From assembly GCF_021869535.1 (NCBI RefSeq), contig NW_026262593.1:54808001-54872000 (forward strand): 64,000 nt of DNA, read 5' to 3'. Below, in pieces: positions 1 through 12,700 of this stretch. Position numbers and translations under genes: made by a program. Below the pieces are notes generated by a model. That model had not been told where the DNA came from. It worked only from the letters and a program-made list of their open reading frames with translations, and searched no databases. The DNA comes from Mytilus californianus. Its lineage: Eukaryota. Numbering within the stretch: position 1 is the first letter of the stretch; every line of letters begins with the position of its first letter.

Positions 1-470
1 ACCCTGCTGACTGCCATTGGCGATTGCCAAATAAACGGATCACCGATGTAATAAATGGATCTTAATTATAAATTAAATAATAAACAGAAAACAATAAACT
101 TGCGGAAAAGATGGTATACCGCAAACAAAAGGTGCAACGGTTTTTGTACACCATATCCGGATTTCGACAATTTATGTCTCTTTAGTGATGTTAGGAATCG
201 AAACGGTATTTGGAAAGCCATACAATTTACCTCAAATAAGGATAGACTCTTGAATTTTGAGGAGTCAAAATAGGATGAACGGATCTTATAAACCGGAAGG
301 CAAACACAATTCAAGCACAAATGAAAAAATATAAACAAGTCTAATTTGAAAACAAAGTCCAAACCTATGATTGCGTTGGATAAAAACCGCAATTTTTATA
401 CGTGTGCATGCAAAACAAATTTCTTGTTAGAGGGGTCTATATATATATATAAACAAGTCTAAATTGAAAA
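1..470 (+). repeat. Partial copy of a ~540-bp monomer repeat family that ends in (TA)n; same family at 29205-29428, 33901-34039 and 34065-35355
   Basis: 1-140 matches 33901-34030 (accctgctgactgccattggcgattgccaaataaacggatcac). 335-437 matches 29222-29327 (aaacaagtcta..ttgaaaac..aaacctatgattgcgttggataaaaaccgc). TA run at 438-450. Confidence 0.85.
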
Positions 471-1743
471 TATATATAATTGATATAACGAAAATAAGAG
501 AACAATTAATTTCTATTTCAATTATAGACTTGCGAAATAACGGTAAATATCTTTTTTAAACAATTTTTATTGCACATTTGATAATTGTAATTGAGATTAG
601 TAGCATTGCAACAAAGTCTCTGAAGACTGACTGATATCTAGATATCGATCTAAAGTATGCAGTATCAGGTTATCCTTAAGAATAAACATGTATATAGTAT
701 CTGTCAATTAGCTTGCAATCAACAACCACTGAATGAATATTATTTGTCGATAATACGTTATAGATGTGAAATGAATATAAACAAAAACGTGCATGCAAGA
801 CTTAGTTAAGTATATAAGCATACATTGGTTCAATAATTTCGATTACCGACCGTGCGAGTGCTTTATAGCTAGTAAACGGTCGTTAAAATCCCCCATAAGT
901 AAGTAATTTCGATGACATTTAAATTAAAAAAAAAACTCGTTTCATATGACTTCAATTTTATTATCTAAGAAACCAAGCTATCTACAAAAACTAATCATGC
1001 CAACAGAACCATTATAATGAGATCAAGGTCAGGGTAACCCAACAAGATAGACATGTTAAACTTACATCATTTTAGTACATAAGATAAGGTTGACCTGTTA
1101 ATTATAATATCCGAACAACGGACCTTGAATCAATAGTTTACTTTATTATACCTCAGTATGTTTTTTCTATATAAAAAATAATGAAATAGTTGTGCTATTT
1201 CATTCCACAGACTATTTGCCAGTCAATAGTTTCAAAGACTATTACCCCGGTTAATAGTTTCATAATCATCTTTCCCGTACTTTTTCATGCTTATTTTTCA
1301 TTGGACAATAATGATGTCATTGACTATTTTGCTTGGCAACGTCAAACTCTAATATTGTAAACGGTATAATCTGTTTTTGTCGATTGTAATTTCACTTGCA
1401 AGAAGCAATTATAAAAGGGAGAAAATCTTCGCGCGCATTTTTTAAAGATCTAATATGGGTTCGGTCGTCGTATTCTAAAAGCGAATTTGCGTTTGGTGTA
1501 CTTTAGCTTAAATCTATCATATGCACGGAAAATTTAACACAACTATTTCTAGTCTTGATTGCAATTAATGAAATATTTACAAATACAAGAAGAACTATAA
1601 AAAAAAACCGTATAGTTCATCTTGTGCATGTCAAGTTATGTGACATTTTTTCTTTTCTTTCAGATGATATATGTACACTTTTAGAAAATAAGTTAATTTG
1701 GTATATAAAAACACTTAATGACTGTGTTGTTCAGTACAATAAA

Positions 1744-1887
1744 ACACCTAATGACTGGTTCTGCGGGTAATATCAAGTTTGTAGTCCCTTCGCATACCAA
1801 CTATTGCTCTCGGCTTTGCCTCAAGCAATAGTTGGTATCTCAGGGACACCAAACTTGCTATTACCCGCACACCCAGTCAATAGGTGT
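1744..1887. mobile_element. ~144-bp palindromic (foldback) MITE-like element
   Basis: Arms pair almost end to end: acacctaatgactgg/ccagtcaataggtgt, tgcgggtaat/attacccgca, caagttt/aaacttg, ataccaactattgct/agcaatagttggtat, with a ~15-nt loop. Confidence 0.75.
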
Positions 1888-2029
1888 AAATTAACCAATA
1901 AACCTTGATAATTATTTTGGTCAGTTCAATTCTGTCAGAAAAACTCTTTTTTTTGTGCCTGACGAACATGTGAAAAAATTACTGGGGGATTAAAAGTAAG
2001 TTTGATTTGTTTTCAAAAGTTAAAGACAC

Positions 2030-2218
2030 TTGGGACAGACATTAAACGTTTGCCATTTCTATTTTGTCATTTTGGGGCCTTTTCTAGCTTACTATGCGGT
2101 ATTAGTTTTGTTCATTGCTGAATGCCGTATGGTGACTATAAATTTGCTTTTATGTCATTTGGTATCTGGTAGAGAGTTGTTTTAATGGCAATCAAACCAC
2201 ATATTCTTATTTTTGTAT
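2030..2218 (+). repeat. 5'-truncated copy of the abundant PLE 3'-tail family
   Basis: Ends gagagttgttttaatggcaatcaaaccacatattcttatttt, homologous to the Naiad 3' end at 33853-33890. Confidence 0.7.
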
Positions 2219-4099
2219 TAATATGTTGTTTTAAGATAATGGCTGATTTGTACGTTTTTTTCTGATATTTAGTTAAGTGGTAATTGGAATCATGAAATCA
2301 ATAAGATATTTACGCGAAGTTTAGAACCATTACAAACATCTAACTGCACGAAAAAGGAAAATGTTACTTTAAACTTCTTATTTGTGCGCTCTGTAGTAAT
2401 ACAGTATTTCCATTTTCTTTCTATGAATTTCTATGAATTGGTGTATAGTTTAGGTTAGACATCAATGAAACAAAAACAAGGCCCAATATAGCGTCCCTGC
2501 AGGATATATATTGTAACATTTTCAAGAGTAACGAAGACCAATAATTAACAAATAACTTATATAATTACGATTAACTATGAAACGTAACAGTAGCGTAACA
2601 GCACAACATAAGAACAAACTATTACAATCGATGAAAAATATATATTATTATGTACGAACTCCATGAAATGTTTTCCTTGCACTTAACAACATTTGAATAT
2701 AAAGTTTTTACATTATTTATTTTTGAGATATAATTAAGAACATCTGTTCAATTTACTACACTTTTGAAAGAAAAATCATTTTATATAATGCTTTCCGAAT
2801 TTGTCTCTTCTGAAATATAATCGAATATAACCAAACCTGAAGTTACGACCATGGAATGGATACAATTAAATTGCCAAATCAATATCTAAGTTGAAGAAAT
2901 GAAATGAAAATGAAATCTTGCCTAAAACCATCCATGCCTGTGAGAAACTCAAGTCGATTGTACAAACATAGAAACAACTATATCTTTAACGAGGCATATG
3001 TGACTTCTTTCTGTTAAATAATGCAACCGTCTAAAGAAATTCTGAAATTATTAAGCAACTAAGTTTTTAAATACCTTAGGCAAATTTGATGTTAGATGGA
3101 TTTTCATATCTTACGAAAACAACTATGAATAAAACAACTTATACAGTAAGCAGAAAACCATTACAATATTACTCTAATTTTGACAGCTACAACTCCCCTA
3201 TTTCAAGTTTTCGTGAATAAAACAAATTATCTAACATTTGTAGAAAACGATATTTAAAAAAAAAAAAATTGAAGCATTTAACAAAGACTAAAAAATAAAC
3301 TGAATAAGCCTGTTTAATGATTAGAAATATGGTTTGGTTTCAAATAACGGAACGAGACTTACCTTTCCGAATACTGTAATTGAATGACTTTACAAAAAGT
3401 ACAAACTGTGCCAAATTGCATTTGCAACAGTTTTTTGTACCTCAAATTGCAAATGCAAACACCGTATCATTTTTAAATCTTTAGAAACAGACATTTACAT
3501 TGATGAATACCATGAACACTTTTTGCATATTTCTATCTGTTATGATTCAGACCATTTGATTGATAGATAAACATTGATATACATAAATATCAAGGAAAGT
3601 AATACATTACCACCTGAACTGAAATAAAATGAAATGTCTTACTTAAATATTAAAACACATTTATTTTTCTCAACGTCTCGGTGACTTTCCGTCAATGAAA
3701 TAAACATTTAAATGATACTTAATAAAGATAAAGATGGCTAAATTGGTATAACAATATGACATTTAATTGACAAGCAAGGACTACGGTAAATTTCCCGTTA
3801 CCTTCTTTGATATATTTTAGTTACAGATTGTTTACAAAAGGAACATCTGAAAAAATTTCTAACAGTAATTTTCATTGATTAAGATCAAGAAAGACATACA
3901 TCTGCCCATGCTGACTCCTTGAAGTGTAGATCACAATTATTAAACTTTCTGAGAGCAAATTCTTTGATTCATTGAAAAAGATTAAATACTCGGTGGATGT
4001 ACAAGAAACAACGACTCACAAAAGGAACACTAAATGAGGACCTTGTAAACTCAGACGATATCAAAACTCGATAAATATAAAAGTTGTGGAATGACTGTC

Positions 4100-4580
4100 A
4101 ATGAGTCAAAAGAGGGGCGAAAGATACCAAAGGAACATACAAACTCATAGGTCGAAAATAAACTGACAACGCCATGACTAAAAAAGAAAAAGACAAACAG
4201 ACAAACAATAGTACACAAAACACAACATAGAAAACTAAAAACTGAGCAACACAAACCCCACCAAAACCTGGGGATGATCGCAGGTGCTCCGGAATGGTAA
4301 TCAGATCCTGCTCCACATGTGGCACCTGTCGTGTTGCTCATGTTAGTACAAAACCCAGTAATAAGTCTAATACGATAGGTCATCTTCGGGAAAAGGGGAC
4401 GGGATTGTAGTTACAACATTAGGAACATATCCGCTATCATTTGTGAAACGGATATTCCGTAACGGCAAACCAATTCGTGATGGCGTCCGTACAATGTACG
4501 AAGGGATGATTTCAACTTCACCACTTGGAACTCTTGGTTTATTACCTGGAACTCTTGGTTTATTAGCTTGGAACTCATGG
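4100..4580 (-). mobile_element. 5'-truncated Penelope-like element: RT thumb C-terminus plus 3' UTR
   Basis: A minus frame not shown in the track reads LINQEFQVINQEFQVVKLKSSLRTLYGRHHELVCRYGISVSQMIADMFLML*, homologous to KLLN*GFRYHKLRKTFAKFFHRYKDLISKF of the Naiad. No endonuclease follows the stop. A 21-22-nt tandem duplication sits at the 5' junction. Confidence 0.75.
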
Positions 4581-5349
4581 TTCAACTGACTACCAAATTC
4601 CAAATGACGTGGCTGTAAGCAACCTTATGTCGACAAATAGAGAATCCTGTTTGCACAATATTTGCAAAGTAGCAAATAAAATCAAATGTTCAATGGTGGT
4701 CTATGTAAGAGCTAACCACCAGACATATACCACATATTTCCAACTGGTTTGTATATTTCACACCGAGAGCCTTACACTTATTCATGTAAAAAATCAGCAG
4801 AACTGCTAAACAGAAAGTTGTCTATCTGTTATTTTCCCTGTGTTTAACAACGCCGCTCACATGCTTGAACAATTTCCTGAGATAAATACGCACTTTTCAT
4901 TGACGTAGACCACACGTTGAAATATTAACAAGAAAAGGTAAGAATATGTACATAGTCTATACAGTATCTGTGAATTTTGTACAATATACCAATCAACAAC
5001 AGGCAATCTAAAAGATCAAATTTGCTGTAGTAATGATGAGCAATAAAGTCACCGGTATGTTAAATCTTTAAAACAATGATAATTAAATGCAAACAAACGG
5101 CTAAATTAACCAAATTAGAGTAATAAGGCAGACAGAAACCAATTATATTTACTGCATTACTTGTTTCTGCTTCGGAACATGTACAAAAATGCTGTGGCGG
5201 GATTGAACGTGTTTAAGTCGTGTTTCAGATCAACTACGAAACTATCTTCTTTAGGTCTAGTTTTAATCAGATAAATTCCTAGTGGTAAAGGGGACGTTTT
5301 TCAATTGACAAATTGACAAGAGGATGTCATGAGCATGATGACCGATATA

Positions 5350-5545
5350 AAATATCTTTGTCACAGAAGACAACGAATATGTTCCGAGTGTCGTATCCAT
5401 TCTCCCGACAACAGATTTTCAAAGTCTATAACAACATTCCAGGAGTACCTGCGTATAGAGGAAAATTTTCCCAAGCTTATAAGATATTTTAGAAGTTGCA
5501 ATGCTCATCATGATTTCCATAATAGGAGATTGATGCTTACACTGA
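5350..5545 (+). mobile_element. Degenerate PLE RT-thumb fragment
   Basis: With one frameshift it reads NNIPGVPAYRGKFS/LIRYFRSCNAHHDFHNRRLMLT, matching DVPLAPSYGVYISQLVRYARVCSDVIDFNKR of the Naiad RT. Confidence 0.55.
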
Positions 5546-6040
5546 TGTCGAATTCATCCTTTGCGACGGTTTACAAACTTCATACGGAAATATTATCTTT
5601 AATAATCTGTATGTCTTAATTTCATAAACCCTCTTTATATCATTTAGATTATTACAAAGTTCAGATTGCCCAAATTAAATAATAATTTTGCTTACATTTC
5701 TAGTAATTAAGTTATTTTCAATCCAATCTTTGATTTTTTTATTTAACAATAAGACAACATGAGTTTTTAATACTTTTTTTAAAACCATGTCTATAATTGT
5801 GTTATGTTTAGATCAAGCAAACTCGTCCTACTTACCATCAGTGTAGTAATTCCGTTCAGTAGTACCTGGGAAATGCGATAAAAAATATCAGTTGAACAAA
5901 AGTACAGAAAAGATGTTTGCAATACTATCCTCGCCTCTACATGGAGGGTTTAAAGACGAAAATTATAGCAGTTGGTCTATTGGTTTATTGTTAACATGTG
6001 AATTTTGGAGAAAAAAAAGGAAAATATAATATCATATTAA

Positions 6041-6206
6041 GGAAATAACAGTTCTGAAGGTGAAGAGTTACCGACGCCAATTGACGATTTGACGGTTGCA
6101 AATGAAGCTCTACTGGCGACCCGTAGCGGAGAGAGTAAAACGAATATTTTCTACCGTCAAATCAAAATTGACGGCGGCAACTTTTCAACTACAGTACTGT
6201 TATTCC
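6041..6206. mobile_element. MITE-like inverted-repeat element
   Basis: ggaaataacagt/actgttattcc termini; internal arms gttaccgacgccaattgacgatttgacggt and accgtcaaatcaaaattgacggcggcaac. Confidence 0.6.
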
Positions 6207-6510
6207 TGTTCTAATTCATCACAAAAAAAGAAAACAAAATGTGTTAGAGCTTGAAGAAAAATATATATTTGAAACGTCTTGAACGATATTGGCGCATATA
6301 CGTCATACAAATGAGAACTTACAAACTGAAGAGTATTGCTTTTTCCTCAAATAAGGAAAAATCACACCAAAACGGCGTTTTTGAGGTAGGTGTTGTTTAT
6401 TTTTATGATAATATTGTAAACCAAACATTTGTTTATCAAAGCAATTTTAAATGGCGGGTCATAAGTGTTCTATTCTCCTAATCACATGATCATAATAATG
6501 TATTGTGACT

Positions 6511-7619
6511 CTTAATAAACCTGCCATATTAGTCTTATATGACTTATGGTAAGTCTTGGCAACTTTAATAATCAAAAACTGTCTACATTCATTTGTTGCC
6601 TTACTCGGGTAATAGTTAAGACAATATTGGAAAGCATTCAGATGATAAGAAATAAAATAAAATCGGTTATTATGGAATTTACATATATATAAAAATTAGT
6701 TTTTTTTTGTTTTTTTTTTAACAGAAAACGATAATAGAAATTGTTCAGAAAATAGCAGCAATTTTTATACTATCAAACTTGATACTATGTTGGCCTTAAA
6801 TTCACACTTCATTTGTACGACTTCTCAAGTTATCAGGATGAGGCCTATGTTACTATACAAATGAAACATGATATATCAACCATACGTATTTAGCATATTT
6901 GGGCTAAAATAACTGTGTTGAAAACTCGACATGCATTATGGTCACATTTTTCGATTAGAATATCATGTTTTGTATTTAAAGCTTGGTCAGTTGAAAAGAA
7001 GATTTCTGTGAAAAATTGAGTTTACCAAAACACGCAAAATTTGAATAAAAATAAGCTAAAACTTATCTTAATAAACCTGCCATATTAGTCTTATATGACT
7101 TATGGTAAGTCTTGGCAACTTTAATAATCAAAAACTGTCTACATTCATTTGTTGCCTTACTCGGGTAATAGTTAAGACAATATTGGAAAGCATTCAGATG
7201 ATAAGAAATAAAATAAAATCGGTTATTATGGAATTTACATATATATAAAAATTAGTTTTTTTTTGTTTTTTTTTTAACAGAAAACGATAATAGAAATTGT
7301 TCAGAAAATAGCAGCAATTTTTATACTATCAAACTTGATACTATGTTGGCCTTAAATTCACACTTCATTTGTACGACTTCTCAAGTTATCAGGATGAGGC
7401 CTATGTTACTATACAAATGAAACATGATATATCAACCATACGTATTTAGCATATTTGGGCTAAAATAACTGTGTTGAAAACTCCACATGCATTATGGTCA
7501 CATTTTTCGATTAGAATATCATGTTTTGTATTTAAAGCTTGGTCAGTTGAAAAGAAGATTTCTGTGAAAAATTGAGTTTACCAAAACACGCAAAATTTGA
7601 ATAAAAATAAGCTAAAACT
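6511..7619 (+). repeat. Near-perfect direct tandem duplication, period 556 bp
   Basis: 6511-7063 repeats at 7067-7619. One substitution seen by eye (aactcgacatg vs aactccacatg). Confidence 0.95.
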
Positions 7620-8959
7620 GTAAAAAGTGTTTTCATTTCTAGCATAAATTAATCAATGATACCAACCCAATAATAGAATACTATAAATAGACGCGCGTAA
7701 GTAATTTGTAAAAATTACACTAATCTCTTACTTATTTTGTGGTTTAATGTGAATGAAATATTAGAGATGAGATCAAATTGACTATGGTTGGGTATGGTTG
7801 GTATCATAAATATTCAAATAATAAACGGATATCTTGTTTTATTACCTATTATTATGATTTAATTCATATAACATTGTCATTGGCATGACCTTTTGCACGG
7901 GTATAAGTCGTACTTGTTGATTTGTCATTTACATATACTGGCATGTGTTAAGTTTAAAAAGGGGTTCACCGGCTGTAGCTATTATGTAATGGATGGATAA
8001 GACAGATTTTACTTCCAACCATTGCATGATGAATGTATTGTTTTAACTTTTTAAATCGGATTTCATATATGTACATCCTTTAAGATAAGAGAACAAAATG
8101 AAATAAAAGAGTACGCTTGTTTTTGGTGTGTTGTTTTATCTCTCATGTTTATGTACCATGAACTTAATGTAAACACTTTTTTGGTTTTGGCGAAAGACTG
8201 ACTTTTTTTAAGGATTATAAGGAACAAACTTTTGTTGAAGTCTACCGATATGTAAGAGTTCAGTAGATACCACAAATTTAAGAAATTACATTTAATACAT
8301 GTTAATAATCGTTTTTTTCAACTTTAAAAAATACTAAATTAATCAAAATGGCGTCCAAATTCAAAATTGCACCGTAAAAATGTCAAAGTTTGAAGGTATT
8401 TCACTATCAATAATGAATAGAAAGTTAACAGATTTGTGAGACTAATCAGGAGTTGTAGACACAGGCCTACAGTGTATTAATTATACCAGAGGACATAGAT
8501 CATGTTTTCAAAATGGCGGCAAAATTCAAAATGGCGCCGTAGAAAATGTCCAAATTTGACGGTTTTTTTGTGTTATAATGTGGTTTAAATGATACACAAA
8601 TAATAAAACATCTATTTGGATACTTAAACCAACGAGTATAATATATGTTTGTAAGAGATAAACTACGAAATAAAATTTGCCGATACCAAACAAAATGGCG
8701 TCTCTGACCAGCTTTAAATTTTCAGTTTTTGTTAATATTTACACGACTTCCGAAAATGTATCAATGAAAAATATGTATTAAACCTTACAAAGATACAAGA
8801 CAAGTATTATACTTTTTTTAAATGGGAGCATAAATAAATATTGCGCATCAAAAGTTATTATTTGGCATAACAACTTTTTAGAACACATTCAAATTATCAT
8901 GTATTCAAAATAAGAATCAAATGCAGGATAATCAAATTTAGAACAGTCTCAATCAGTTT

Positions 8960-10520
8960 CCCTCTCATAGCCCGGTGAGCGATTACATAATGCTTTGCAT
9001 TTCATTGCTGCTTTCAAGCATAATTTCGTACAGCTACAGTGGATAAGCTCTTAACATGACATCGTAGCTTTTGCAAGCACTGACCAGAATGGCAATCATG
9101 TATCATCAGGTGTTTGTCAACCAGATGAATCTGGTGATGGCATACCAGGATTTGCGACTAACAAATAACACCAAAAACCACTTACTTGGTAAGCTTCACG
9201 TTTCCCGTGTCATAGTAGTGCATCTCGTGTAGAAGAAATATTTTCAATAATTGTTCTTGTCTTCTGAGTGAAAGTTTTTTCTTAATTCACTCACTTTATC
9301 AAATGAACCGGACCGACCACACAAAAGCACAAAATACCCTTCTATTACTTTTATTACTTTTAAAATTTCCACTTTATTTGTATTTTGAATAATTTGCACA
9401 AATGCTTCTTATGATTCCTCACATATGGACCATATGTCCAAAGCTGAAATCTTATCCTTCTGAAAAAAACTGACACTGTGCCACAACCAGTGAAAGTATG
9501 TAACAATGGTAAGTCTTTCTACTTCGATGTTCCTAGAGCAAGTCATAATCAATGAACTGAAATATTAGTTAAGTCTCTGAAAACGGATTTCTAAGTTTCA
9601 ATAGTGTTCACAAAACATTCAGGACTGTTTTTCAGATCATTTTTCAACCTAGGCATTTTAACCCCAGCAAACATTCATCTACCAAGTGCTTCTAGATTTC
9701 ACTTTAATCCAACAGCACCACCATCTGTTTTAGCACACGTATTATTTTGTTCGTGGGCTTGGTCAATAGCCATACAAGAAAACTTCTTCTCTGTCTTGTT
9801 AACCACACAATTTCTGTCAACGAATGCTTTGTGAATTTCTTGATTCAATTTTGATAAATGAAGCATGTCACGTTGAGGAATTGGCACCATCGTGAATAGT
9901 TGGTGTGATTGAGCTCAAAGAACCAAGGGATAATCTTAGCGAGAGCTTTTAGATATACAAAGAAGGTAGTCTCACATTTATACCCTACAAATACCAATAC
10001 TGTCAATTCAAATCGCAGGATAACATACCATAATTTAAAATGAATACATTATTTAGATCTGTCCAAACACCACCTTTCAAGTTCTTAGATTACCTTATCA
10101 TCATTCAAAGAATCTGCGTACTGTCAGTAATTGTTTGACAAAAAACGGTAAAGTGTGCATGCTGTAACTTGGTGTGGTCTACATGATTTTGTAAAATGAG
10201 AAGTCCTCAAGAATGAATCTACTGTACCGGATGAAGTAACGTGGGAATTTTCTAAACCACTAGTCCGTCCACTACCTCCAAGCCAACTACTATACATCCG
10301 AGGCCAGCTCCATTGTACTAATTTTGCTACTGTGAAAAGTGTTTGGTCAAAAGCCGCAACAGGAGGTCGACCTCGATTTAGCTTTCTTACTGCTCTTAGA
10401 AAAATGTCCAATGAATGTCGTCTCATTGCAATAGTTTTAGCTTGCTTCAAAGATAGAAAGATAAATTGTTTTCATGGTCCTTATCGCTTGTTTTGTTCTG
10501 GTGTTCAGAGGAGAGTATGA
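8960..10520 (-). mobile_element. Decayed, internally deleted AcademX-like DNA transposon (Academ transposase region, XPG-like domain, Cys-rich finger)
   Basis: Minus-strand fragments in order: PVAAFDQTLFTVAKLVQWSWP..SSWLGGSG..GTVDSFLRTSH..HQVTA (10124-10450); RDMLHL..VVNKTEKKFSCMAIDQAHEQNNTCAKTDGGAVGL (9699-9890); LLHTFTGCGTVSVF, XPG H3TH-like (~9465-9510); PSPDSSG*..PFWSVLAKATMSC*ELIHCSCTKLCLKAAMKCKALC (~8975-9160). Family assigned from recalled motif architecture. Confidence 0.65.
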
Positions 10521-10544
10521 TGTAGTTTTGTCATGTTGCTTCGG

Positions 10545-11330
10545 ATAATCTGAAATAGTCAAATATTTACAATGGAATGATATATTTTGCTTTTGTTATA
10601 AATTGTGGGAATGCTGAGAAAAATGAAAAAAACGCCAGCCGTAAAATTCACCTTTCTATATAATTGTTGTTATTTCTAAAGGGTGAGAATAAGAATCTTA
10701 GATTTAAAATCTGACATTATTTTCTACAGAACGTTGCATGCATTTTACAAGCATTGATCGCTACATTTTTACATGCTAAAATCCACTGCTTGTTAACTTA
10801 TGTTATTCCAGCAAGTTGTTATTCAAGTAATAAGATGTTACACCATGTAACTGCTACATATTCTATTTTATTTCAAAGCTATACTTCATTCATTAAAATA
10901 GTACAAATTAAAGCTTACACACGGATCTTGGATGGAAGATTGATAACAACTGATTGCGAATGCTTGCACTTGGATTTTGAGCTTGGTGAACTAAAGTCGG
11001 ATCGACTTAAATAGGTGAGAAAAGAGACAGATTAAGATTTTATACATATTCTATCTGCACTGAAAACGACTCGGGTTATTTATAATGGTCAATTTGACAA
11101 CCAGAAACAATATTTGTATTCGCCTCCTATCATATCTTTATATGAATACAGGATGGTTAGAAAATTTAAATGACACCTTATTAATTTCGTGCGTCCGAAA
11201 AGTTCAAACTCAAAACATTGAAGGTCATGAAGGGATGTATAAGAACTTAACACGTGAAACAAAGTGTTAAAACACCTCATCATATTTTACACAAATATAG
11301 ATAAAAGGAGATGTGGGGTACACATCAGTT
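10545..11330 (+). repeat. Duplicated intergenic block S1 (paralogous to 15630-16370 and 52690-53250)
   Basis: Shared text such as gccgtaaaattcacctttctatataattg, atgctaaaatccact, caccatgtaactgcta, acacggatc. Confidence 0.85.
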
Positions 11331-11379
11331 CTTTGAGATGCCGATCTTCTTTTAAAAACTCTAACCAATTAGTAGTTAC

Positions 11380-12050
11380 ATGTACTATGGCCGCATAACA
11401 GACAAACTAAGGGACGTCGGGCGTTAATTTTATCGCGCATCTTTGAATGCTATCTTGGGGAAATTTATTCAACGGATTGAACAGAGTGGATTTCACGTGT
11501 CAGGAGCGAACTTGAATATACAATGTTCGAACGGATTTTCGGGTTTATTGCACATTGCTACTGTTAAATATCAACTGTGACTCAAAATATGAATCATTTT
11601 TTAGGTGTGCGTAGGGAACGAGTTCAGAATGGATTCATGTTTGCATTGTGTCAAACATCTAGTATTTTACAATATCAATATGGGTGTTCTTCATTATAGA
11701 AACAACAGGGTTCTTTTTCAGCGAATACGTATAATGTTTGAGATAAGTTGAAGTCAAACTTATCAACGTCATGACAAACCATATGACGTCGGTGTTCAGT
11801 GCGGGTCAACGTTTCAACTACCGGTCTAGCACATTTCACAACACAAAGTCATATGTGAATTATATCAAATTTTAGGAAGAGATAAGAAGAGGAATTGTCG
11901 AAGATACTACCTGTATATGATATCATTGGTAAGACCTCGATCCTGAAAACTTTCAGCTTACAATTCTCAATTAAGAAGGCTAGTCATTTCAGCTTGTGCG
12001 CCGTTGTTATTTCAATGAATTTAAATGAAATCAAATGACTCCTGTAATAT
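11380..12050 (+). repeat. Duplicated intergenic block S2 (paralogous to 48100-48780)
   Basis: Shared gaacgagttcagaatggattca, gggtt.attgcacattg, ttatcaacgtca, ccgttgttatttcaatgaat. Confidence 0.8.
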
Positions 12051-12212
12051 TTAGATATGACCCCTTTTGTATATGATAAAGTACATCTTTTCTTAAGCTA
12101 ACTAAAGAAAACTTTTGGAAAAGTAAGTCTGACAAAGACTGTCAACAATCATATAGCAATAACAAATAGTGGGACATAACAATGGGTACCGTAATAATCT
12201 CGATTTCTTATA

Positions 12213-12421
12213 CTGTGGATTCATTTATTTTCGTGGGTATCAAATTTCGTGGATCGAGGAAATCTTGCAGTTTCGTGGATATTTGATTTCGTTGTTTTGT
12301 CAATCTCAGCATACAAAGTCTATGGAAAATTTGTAATTCGTTGAACATTTGAATTCGTGGTTTACTTGTACCCACGAAACCCACGAAAATTGGTACCCAA
12401 CGAATAATAATGAATCCACAG
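12213..12421. mobile_element. Tc1/mariner-type MITE with TA target duplication
   Basis: TA|ctgtggattcatt ... aatgaatccacag|TA (TA at 12211-12 and 12422-23); internal ttcgtgg/ccacgaa repeats. Confidence 0.8.
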
Positions 12422-12424
12422 TAC

Positions 12425-12700
12425 TTTATTATACCCCCTCCCTTTTTTTACCTCTGTCTGTCCGTCCGTCCATTCGCCAGTCCTTCAGTCCGTCAGACCG
12501 TCCGTCCATCCCATGAATACTTTTTGCCGCATCTTTCTCATGAACTACATGACAAGGATTTCTGAAATTTGGTTTCAGGGTTTATATAAGTCAGCTATAC
12601 CGTGCGATGCGTTTTCAGATTCATCACTCAACAATTTCCTGTTTACCGAACACTTACATATATATCATCAGTGAGCAGTAGCTCGCAGTTTCACTTGTTG
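12425..12700 (+). mobile_element. HINE/DINE-like (Helentron-associated) non-autonomous element
   Basis: ttattataccc start, (GTCC)n microsatellite at ~12457-12510, 3' stem (gtgagc..gctcgc) before ttgtt. Confidence 0.5.

Noticed and set aside
55-392. Short ORFs in the 540-bp repeat (also 33863-35464)
   Set aside because: Frames and stops differ between monomers and no protein motif was recognised.
10754-11283. Similar short ORFs in block S1 (also 15819-16109) as a small gene family
   Set aside because: Start, stop and frame are not conserved among the three S1 copies; similarity is explained by DNA duplication.
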